A stretch of DNA of 7,663 bases, taken from the IMG/VR virus record IMGVR_UViG_2778261534_000005, one strand, 5' to 3'. Position numbers and translations under genes: made by a program. This DNA is from a virus. Its lineage: Duplodnaviria > Heunggongvirae > Uroviricota > Caudoviricetes. The notes below the pieces were generated by a model that saw nothing but the letters and a program-made list of their open reading frames with translations, searched no databases and was not told where the DNA came from. Position 1 is the first letter of the stretch. The number at the start of each line of letters is the position of its first letter. Shown one piece after another: positions 1-5,099 of the stretch.

Positions 1-30
1 CAAGCCATAGGGAGGTGTAGAGAAACCGTT

Positions 31-72
31 AAGGTGTCTGTACAGTTACATCTTAAACAACCATCACAGTGA
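31..72. repeat. Copy A of a degenerate dispersed repeat (aaggtg ... agttacatcttaa ... acagtga)
   Basis: The 13-mer agttacatcttaa at 44..56 recurs exactly at 319..331. Both copies are preceded by aaggtg (31..36 and 313..318) and followed by acagtga (66..72 and 331..337). Copy A carries short insertions relative to copy B. Confidence 0.55.
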
Positions 73-312
73 TGTCAAATAGTTCTTTTAAGAAGGGAGG
101 GTTCTTTCTCATGTATCACCCTCTCTTCCCGTTAAGTAAGCTACACAGACCTAGAGAACATGCTCTGTAACACCTTCACAAACATTGACTAAGGTCAACT
201 TCATAAACTCAGAGTTAAGTTACCTTGAAAGATTTTACCAAGAAACTACACAGGTGTTATTTAGTCTGACTGTGAAGGGATATTTAACGGGAGAGAAAGT
301 AACGATATACCG

Positions 313-337
313 AAGGTGAGTTACATCTTAACAGTGA
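313..337. repeat. Copy B of the same degenerate dispersed repeat
   Basis: Same motif order as copy A (aaggtg, agttacatcttaa, acagtga). Flanking sequence is also loosely alignable: gttaagtaag occurs at 131..140 and 451..460, and aagaag-gaggg-like runs follow both copies. Confidence 0.55.
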
Positions 338-411
338 CTGTAAGAGATACCTGAAAAGATACTTAACAGAACTACCAAGAAGAGAGGGAACGATAAGACC
401 AGAGGTAGTGA

Positions 412-424
412 CCTGTTAAACAGG
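412..424. repeat. 13-bp palindrome CCTGTT-A-AACAGG
   Basis: 6-bp arms are exact reverse complements around a single central base, inside the repeat-rich noncoding block. Confidence 0.5.
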
Positions 425-845
425 CTGTTTCAAAGTCTCTTAAGAAATCTGTTAAGTAAGGGCTATGTGACCAATATTACCATTTTGTCAATGCTTTTGT
501 CTTTGACCTAAATCAATAAAATGTATCGTTTGATATGCTTTTAAACAAAATGGCTAAAAAATCTTTTTAGAGGGGCGCTTCGCTTGTGTCACCAATATAT
601 TCTTCCCTGTCTAAGAGGGAAGTTACAGGGACATTTCAAAGCCCTCAATAGACAAACCGAGGAACACGGGAAACCGAGGGAAGAAAAATCTATTGTGATT
701 GCCTTGAACAAGGTCTGTAAAGGTCGTTTAAGGGGTCGGTTAAGAAAGGAGCTTCCCTCTCTGGGGTTATCGCTCTTCTCTCGCTTAGTGGATTGATTAG
801 GGGTTGTGTTATACAAGCCCAACTAAGAAGACCTCTGAAGTTTCC

Positions 846-1035
846 CTGTGAAGAAGCTGAACAGCTATTATATATGGCTAATTACAACTAATTGAAAAAT
901 AAGCATTTTTAGAAGTTACTGTTAAGGTTACAGAGTTGTCTGTGAAGAGACTTGTCAGTTCTCTATATATGGCTAATTACAACTTATTGAAAAATAAGAA
1001 CTTTTAGAAGTTACTGTCAGAGAGGTGAATACTTG
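846..1035. repeat. Imperfect tandem duplication of a ~94-bp unit (846..939 and 940..~1035) with a near-identical 54-bp core
   Basis: Both units start with ctgtgaaga. The cores at 869..922 and 964..1017 (tatatatggctaattacaac-N-attgaaaaataag...ttttagaagttactgt) differ at only about 3 positions; the flanks are more diverged. Confidence 0.8.
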
Positions 1036-1098
1036 ATAGATACAGCTTTCCGGTTCTGTCAAGCTATTTTTTCATAGATAGCACAAAATGCTAAAGAT

Positions 1099-1128
1099 AC
1101 CCCTATACCATCACGTACAGGGGGTTTT
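1099..1128 (-). terminator. Putative hairpin terminator for the leftward small-protein transcript, possibly bidirectional
   Basis: Stem 1100..1108 pairs with 1115..1123 (9 bp; one G-U wobble in the minus-strand RNA, which is an A-C mismatch on plus), loop 1109..1114. It sits 14 nt downstream of the minus-strand stop at 1138..1140 and is followed on the minus strand by a U-rich but interrupted tail; on the plus strand TTTT (1125..1128) follows. Confidence 0.35.
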
Positions 1129-1137
1129 GGAGGGATT

Positions 1138-1326
1138 TTAACGAGGGTCTGTATGGTTGTCTTCACGGCCTCTGTCCTTGAGGTCAAACGACCATTCACG
1201 ACCAAACAACCGAAACACGATAAACACCCTGACGATGAAATAGCGAAGTAGTAGGCCTGCAATCAGCCCAACACCTCCACCAGCCCATACATCAGGTGAC
1301 CCCAGTTCAGGAGGGAGATTTACCAT
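1138..1326 (-). CDS. Small membrane protein, 62 aa, one predicted transmembrane helix; function unknown
   Basis: ORF-track product MVNLPPELGSPDVWAGGGVGLIAGLLLRYFIVRVFIVFRLFG... has a hydrophobic core followed by a charged tail. GAAGG Shine-Dalgarno about 8 nt upstream of the ATG on the minus strand; extended -10 promoter ~110 nt upstream; hairpin after the stop. Local GC is higher than in the flanking noncoding DNA. Confidence 0.4.
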   Translation of the reverse strand: MVNLPPELGSPDVWAGGGVGLIAGLLLRYFIVRVFIVFRLFGREWSFDLKDRGREDNHTDPR

Positions 1327-1440
1327 TCAATGTACCTTCTGTGTGCAATGCAAAAAACATGTGACCATTCTCGATAGTTGATTCGGTTTATCGAATAAAC
1401 CTCATAGCCACGCTTCATATTTTCCCTCTCCCATAAACCC

Positions 1441-1470
1441 ATTATACCATAAATGTTAATAAATTGTTAA
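1441..1470 (-). promoter_or_regulatory. Leftward sigma70-type promoter with an extended -10 (TGnTATAAT)
   Basis: The minus strand reads TTAACA (plus 1470..1465), an 18-nt spacer, then TGGTATAAT (plus 1449..1441). The -10 hexamer is a perfect TATAAT with the TG extension. Confidence 0.5.
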
Positions 1471-1477
1471 AAAATAC

Positions 1478-1506
1478 TTGACATTAGTCTTTGAAACTGC
1501 TAGTAT
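1478..1506 (+). promoter_or_regulatory. Rightward sigma70-type promoter for the operon starting at 1559
   Basis: TTGACA at 1478..1483, 17-nt spacer, TAGTAT at 1501..1506, with an AT-rich tract upstream. It lies back-to-back with the leftward promoter; the two -35 elements are about 8 bp apart. Confidence 0.5.
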
Positions 1507-1558
1507 TGTATATATAGTTAACAGGAAATTAACAAACACTAAGAGGGTCAGAATATGA

Positions 1559-2113
1559 ATGAGAGACGCAGAATTTAGAGCGATGCTTCAGGCATCAAAA
1601 GAACGCAACAGACACAACGGTTACAGCTACACAAACAACCCCACCAGCTACGAAGTCCCAGCCTTTACCAAATCCGAACGTAAAAACATTGAAGCGGTCA
1701 TTCGTAGCATTACGCCACGAGACAGATTTATGCCAACTAGAAAGAGCACCCAGAACAGCATCAAAAATTATCTGGCTAGTTTTGACAGCTACGAGCAACT
1801 ACCAAGCAAGCTTGATGATATTTTCATTGGATTCTGTAGAGGTGAAGGTCACCCAAAATACAACAGAAAGCTATTTTATATTCTAAAGAATCTTGACGAA
1901 ATTAACACATGCAGCGTGACAAATCATCTTCAAAGACAATCAACCAGACTTAGCTACGAATTACCAACCGATGCCTATTGTGCATTGCTTGCTGTAATGT
2001 GTGCAAAGCTAATTGGTGTTGTTGAGCATCATGTTGCCGTTGGAAATATTGAGCCAATGGAAAACGAGCAACCAGATTTCGAGTTTGACCCGTATATTTT
2101 GGAGGAATTTTAA
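1559..2113 (+). CDS. Hypothetical protein, 184 aa, basic N-terminus and acidic C-terminus
   Basis: Long ORF directly downstream of the promoter; AAGAGGG ribosome-binding site at 1542..1548. First gene of a tightly packed chain. No family recognised by eye. Confidence 0.7.
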   Translation: MRDAEFRAMLQASKERNRHNGYSYTNNPTSYEVPAFTKSERKNIEAVIRSITPRDRFMPTRKSTQNSIKNYLASFDSYEQLPSKLDDIFIGFCRGEGHPKYNRKLFYILKNLDEINTCSVTNHLQRQSTRLSYELPTDAYCALLAVMCAKLIGVVEHHVAVGNIEPMENEQPDFEFDPYILEEF

Positions 2114-2116
2114 ATA

Positions 2117-2395
2117 ATGAATAAACACACATTAACCCGTATTTCAGAGGAAGCTTTTAACGAGCTTACCAGAATTAAACGAGCTACTAACTTGCCTCAT
2201 CAAACTGTTATGCAACTTGCAATCGCTAAAGAAGTCACTGAGTCGGATTTACTTAAATATCCAGTCTCTAAAGGTCGTAAACACATCCGAATTACTACGG
2301 ACGCTTTAGATACTTTGAAGGCACTTAACAGCTTTAAAATTGATATTGCCCGACTATTGAGCATCAAGATTCACAAATTATCTCAGGAGGTCTGA
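2117..2395 (+). CDS. Hypothetical small protein, 92 aa; possible ribbon-helix-helix-like DNA-binding protein
   Basis: GGAGG at 2101..2105; starts 3 nt after the upstream stop. The N-terminus (TLTRISEEAFNELTRIKRATNLPHQTVMQLAIAKEV) has a strand-helix-helix pattern reminiscent of CopG/Arc-type folds. The fold assignment is inference only. Confidence 0.65.
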   Translation: MNKHTLTRISEEAFNELTRIKRATNLPHQTVMQLAIAKEVTESDLLKYPVSKGRKHIRITTDALDTLKALNSFKIDIARLLSIKIHKLSQEV

Positions 2396-2397
2396 TT

Positions 2398-2670
2398 ATG
2401 AAGCAATGGCGAGATGATATTAAACGGTTCTTTGCAACTTACTTCATGATTAATTACGAAACAGGAATGCTTGAATGGATTGATGGCGGAGAGGTTAAGA
2501 CAAGAGATGATGCTTACGGTAATCCAATGATTCGTTATGGCACTCGTGATTATTATGTGAAGTATGTCATCTGGTTTTTGCATCATGAAGTTCAGGCAAC
2601 TAAAAAGATTATCTTCAGGGATGGTAATAAAAGAAATTGCCACCCAAACAATTTGCTACAGGAGGTTTAA
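2398..2670 (+). CDS. HNH_3-like (homing-endonuclease-related) small protein, 90 aa; canonical catalytic His not evident
   Basis: AGGAGG at 2385..2390 with 7-nt spacing; starts 2 nt after the upstream stop. The C-terminal IIFRDGNKRNCHPNNL (nt 2608..2655) matches the DGNK-N...NL core of HNH_3-type endonucleases, but Phe-Arg sits where His-Ile is usual. Confidence 0.7.
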   Translation: MKQWRDDIKRFFATYFMINYETGMLEWIDGGEVKTRDDAYGNPMIRYGTRDYYVKYVIWFLHHEVQATKKIIFRDGNKRNCHPNNLLQEV

Positions 2671-3056
2671 TGTATGACTTTTATAAACATCGTGACCATT
2701 TGGTAAGATTTGACGGTAAAGTCTGGAAAGACGTAACACAAACCAATAAGCCCAAGTTTACCCACCAGCAATTAGCCTCAAGATTTGATATCTGGACTGA
2801 AGCACAAAAAGATAATGGTGATTTCGAGTTTATCAGGGGTTTTGATTATGCTTACGAAGACGACCTTAAAGACGCCATTAAATTAATTGAGAATTTCAAC
2901 TCTATTAAAAGTGGTGACAAGCACAAAGCCAATGGTAACAGATACGATAAAGATTTAATCATTGATGCAATCACCAAAGGACAATCACAAAGTTATATTT
3001 CTGAGAAATACGGTTTATCACGCAGTCAATACTACAAGATTAAAGCGTCTGTGTAA
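2670..3056 (+). CDS. Putative DNA-binding protein, 128 aa, with a C-terminal recombinase/invertase-type helix-turn-helix
   Basis: The ATG at 2670 overlaps the upstream TAA (TAATG); GGAGG at 2661..2665. The ORF track starts this frame at a TTG at 2637, but the ATG with its Shine-Dalgarno is the more likely start. The C-terminal SQSYISEKYGLSRSQYYKIK resembles HTH_7/Hin-type helix-turn-helix motifs. Confidence 0.7.
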   Translation: MYDFYKHRDHLVRFDGKVWKDVTQTNKPKFTHQQLASRFDIWTEAQKDNGDFEFIRGFDYAYEDDLKDAIKLIENFNSIKSGDKHKANGNRYDKDLIIDAITKGQSQSYISEKYGLSRSQYYKIKASV

Positions 3057-3068
3057 GCCTGTGAGAAT

Positions 3069-3115
3069 GAGTGAGACTCAAAGATGAGCTACCCTATTAC
3101 TAAGGTGTCTCACTC
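3069..3115. promoter_or_regulatory. Perfect 9-bp inverted repeat GAGTGAGAC-N29-GTCTCACTC in an intergenic region
   Basis: Arms at 3069..3077 and 3107..3115 are exact reverse complements. A second small hairpin follows (gtaacc/ggttac, 3121..3137). No T-tract follows, so it is not a classical intrinsic terminator. Confidence 0.45.
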
Positions 3116-3193
3116 CCTCTGTAACCCGCATGGTTACTGGCCTCAGAATGGCTATTTTGGCAGATTTAAGATGTGTTTTAGAGGAATTTAAAA

Positions 3194-3517
3194 ATGAACA
3201 ATCACCCAATGCAAATTTTCGTTGATAACGACACCGCCATGATGATTCAGGCTTTCAGTGATGTAGGTGTTGGCATTGACTTTGATAAGTTGTTAGAGTT
3301 AATGGCTGCTAATGCAGAAAACATCTCTGACTTTATTCAGTCGGTGGAGTTTAACGAGCCTCGAATGATGCTACCAATTTCAGACAGCAACATGAAAAGA
3401 TTGGTTATCGAGCAAACGAACAAATACAGCGTTAGCCCTGAAAGATATCTCAAGGCAGCTATAGCAATTTTGTACGCTGACAATATTTTGGTGACGGATT
3501 CCGTGAGGGTTCACTAA
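3194..3517 (+). CDS. Hypothetical protein, 107 aa
   Basis: AGAGGA ribosome-binding site at 3179..3184, 9 nt before the ATG. No family recognised. Confidence 0.65.
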   Translation: MNNHPMQIFVDNDTAMMIQAFSDVGVGIDFDKLLELMAANAENISDFIQSVEFNEPRMMLPISDSNMKRLVIEQTNKYSVSPERYLKAAIAILYADNILVTDSVRVH

Positions 3518-3594
3518 TGACGTTAATTGTATTATGGACGCTGTTAGGCTTATTTGTTGGCTGCATTATTAACAATGCGGTAAATAAGAATTGA
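3517..3594 (+). CDS. Small hydrophobic peptide, 25 aa (MTLIVLWTLLGLFVGCIINNAVNKN), possible single-pass membrane peptide
   Basis: Absent from the ORF track (too short). The ATG at 3517 overlaps the upstream TAA (TAATG); GAGGG at 3505..3509 with 7-nt spacing. Hydrophobic core followed by a polar basic tail. Confidence 0.4.
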   Translation: MTLIVLWTLLGLFVGCIINNAVNKN

Positions 3595-3618
3595 TGTTAC
3601 CAATCTGTTAAAAAGCTG

Positions 3619-3647
3619 TTGACAAATAACCTTAAGCATGACATAAT
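3619..3647 (+). promoter_or_regulatory. Sigma70-type promoter (TTGACA-17-CATAAT)
   Basis: Perfect -35 TTGACA at 3619..3624, 17-nt spacer, CATAAT at 3642..3647. Confidence 0.5.
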
Positions 3648-3656
3648 TTTAATTAT

Positions 3657-3684
3657 AGAGAGAATTGCTCTCTTATTTTTTTTT
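3657..3684 (+). terminator. Hairpin plus T-tract (intrinsic-terminator-like) just downstream of the promoter
   Basis: agagag (3657..3662) pairs with ctctct (3668..3673), loop aattg, followed by tattttttttt (3674..3684). Confidence 0.5.
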
Positions 3685-3817
3685 CAACAATTCCATCTAC
3701 ATCTAGGGATAGTTATTCTGAAAGGTGCAATGCTTTTCGCTACATGGCCTCTTATATAACCTGAGAGGTCATCTCGAAAAGTCTTTGTTCATTCATTATT
3801 GAATCCTTTACAGCTTT

Positions 3818-3856
3818 GCCCTAACTCATGATTAGGGCGTTTCTTTAAGAGTTTTT
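3818..3856 (+). terminator. Hairpin plus U-rich tail (terminator-like)
   Basis: gccctaa (3818..3824) pairs with ttagggc (3832..3838), 7-nt loop, then gtttctttaagagttttt. Confidence 0.4.
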
Positions 3857-3915
3857 AAACAGAACTTTTAAAGAAAGTTTTTCCTGAAACTTCGTTAACG
3901 TTAAAGCAAACCTTC

Positions 3916-3960
3916 AAAGCCCTTCACAGATGAGGATGAACCTATGTTTAGGGCTTTTTT
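3916..3960 (+). terminator. Hairpin with a large loop plus T-tract (terminator-like)
   Basis: aaagccct (3916..3923) pairs with agggcttt (3950..3957) around a 26-nt loop; the T run extends to 3960. Confidence 0.35.
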
Positions 3961-4070
3961 CAGCTTTTAAAAAGCATACTTGGCAAACGCCTTTTAAGCC
4001 TCTTCTAAGTTCGAGGATGTCAGGTGTGCTTTTTAAAAACTGAATATTACTTAGAAGAGGAAATGAAATA

Positions 4071-4781
4071 ATGGCAAATGACATTTATATTAGTGGAAGA
4101 AAAATTGATAGCTTCGGTGACTGGTCGCCACAGACTGAACATCCAGCTATCGCTATTCAGCGCAAAGAGCACGATGAAAGAATTGCACTTGAGCAAGAGT
4201 TAAAGATGACACCAAAGGAAATTACCTTTGTGTCTCCTGAGCCTCAAGAGATGCCTGATGTATGCAAAACTGAATCATTACTTGAGCTTGAGCGTGAATA
4301 TTACCCACTACTGAAAGCACAAAGAATTAAACTTGATATTGCTTACGATGCGGTTAAGAACTTCGAAGAAACCTCGAAACCTTCAGAATATGATATTGCT
4401 TACGAGATTAAGTCAAACCCATTTATCTATTATGAAGGAAACTTTAATGATGGTTTTGGTACAGCGATTGAAGACGTTCCTAAAGTTCTTCAAAGTATCC
4501 CTGAAGGGTTCCGGTTAATTGATGTCAGACAAGCATTAAGGGGTTCTGGTCAATTTATCCTGATGAGTGATAAGACAGATGAAGAGATTCTTCAGTTAGC
4601 TGAAGCTAATTTGACTAAGCATTATTCCGGTAAACTGGATAAGTTAAAGCAAAAGCTTAGAAAAGAACTTGATAGCATGAAAGAACTTGTTAGTGAATAT
4701 GAATCACAGAAGAAGATTGCTATGCAGGCTGATATTGAGCAGTTAGTGAAGATTTCAACGAAGTACGCAAAGGTGCTTTAA
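4071..4781 (+). CDS. Hypothetical acidic protein, 236 aa; possible tail assembly chaperone by position (inference)
   Basis: GAGG at 4057..4060 about 10 nt before the ATG. First gene after the long noncoding region and two genes upstream of the tape measure gene. Rich in Asp/Glu with a helical, charged C-terminus. Confidence 0.7.
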   Translation: MANDIYISGRKIDSFGDWSPQTEHPAIAIQRKEHDERIALEQELKMTPKEITFVSPEPQEMPDVCKTESLLELEREYYPLLKAQRIKLDIAYDAVKNFEETSKPSEYDIAYEIKSNPFIYYEGNFNDGFGTAIEDVPKVLQSIPEGFRLIDVRQALRGSGQFILMSDKTDEEILQLAEANLTKHYSGKLDKLKQKLRKELDSMKELVSEYESQKKIAMQADIEQLVKISTKYAKVL

Positions 4782-4804
4782 CTACGAATTAAAAAGGGGT
4801 GTGA

Positions 4805-5008
4805 ATGATTGATTTAACAGAACGCTATGAACTTATCAAAGCAATTAGCGAACGATTGAAAGAACAACCCAACAAACCAAAACGAATCAAATCATCCACC
4901 TCTAAGCAAAAGAATAGAATCAGAAGAATCGCTAAGTGGTGTCTTGATAAATTACCAAGTGATTGTCAGATTGTCGGTGAAGATGGCAATTATTATCTGA
5001 TTAAGTAA
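4805..5008 (+). CDS. Hypothetical small basic protein, 67 aa
   Basis: AAGGGG ribosome-binding site just upstream of the ATG at 4805. Its frame is closed by TGA at 4802..4804, so it is not a frameshift extension of the upstream gene. Confidence 0.55.
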   Translation: MIDLTERYELIKAISERLKEQPNKPKRIKSSTSKQKNRIRRIAKWCLDKLPSDCQIVGEDGNYYLIK

Positions 5009-5027
5009 AGAATTGGTTGGGTAAATA

Positions 5028-5067
5028 CGGGGAGAGATTAACCTTAATTGGTTGGTCCTCCCCTTTT
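5028..5067 (+). terminator. Strong intrinsic-terminator-like hairpin immediately upstream of the tape measure gene
   Basis: ggggag (5028..5033) pairs with ctcccc (5057..5062), with internal pairing aacc/ggtt around ttaatt, followed by ttttt (5063..5067). It ends 33 nt before the ATG at 5100. Confidence 0.6.
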
Positions 5068-5099
5068 TCGTATATGAACACTTAAGAGGTGAAACATGA

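Noticed and set aside
584-822. Overlapping ORFs 584..796 (+, 70 aa) and 589..822 (-, 77 aa) inside the repeat-rich block
   Set aside because: The plus-strand ORF begins with TTG and has no ribosome-binding site. The two occupy the same DNA on opposite strands and lie within repetitive sequence. More likely chance ORFs than genes.
868-1012. Tiny ORFs inside each tandem-repeat core (ATGGCTAATTACAAC..., MANYN-type)
   Set aside because: Only 5 to 12 codons long, no ribosome-binding site, and the frame is not conserved between the two copies.
1059-1262. Minus-strand ORF 1059..1262 (67 aa)
   Set aside because: Overlaps the better-supported 1138..1326 minus-strand ORF in another frame and runs through the hairpin at 1100..1124. 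No ribosome-binding site seen.
1595-2643. Minus-strand ORFs 1595..1798, 1950..2132 and 2383..2643, and plus-strand ORF 1689..1886
   Set aside because: All lie inside or antisense to well-supported plus-strand genes with ribosome-binding sites. Treated as shadow ORFs.
3930-4043. 37-codon ORF (MRMNLCLGLFSAFKKHTWQTPFKPLLSSRMSGVLFKN) in the noncoding region
   Set aside because: No ribosome-binding site upstream of the ATG, and it overlaps the predicted hairpin/T-tract at 3916..3960.
4333-4518. ORF 4333..4518 (+, 61 aa) in an alternate frame of the 236-aa gene
   Set aside because: It is in the +1 frame relative to the host gene, not -1, and no slippery site was seen. Likely an alternate-frame artefact.
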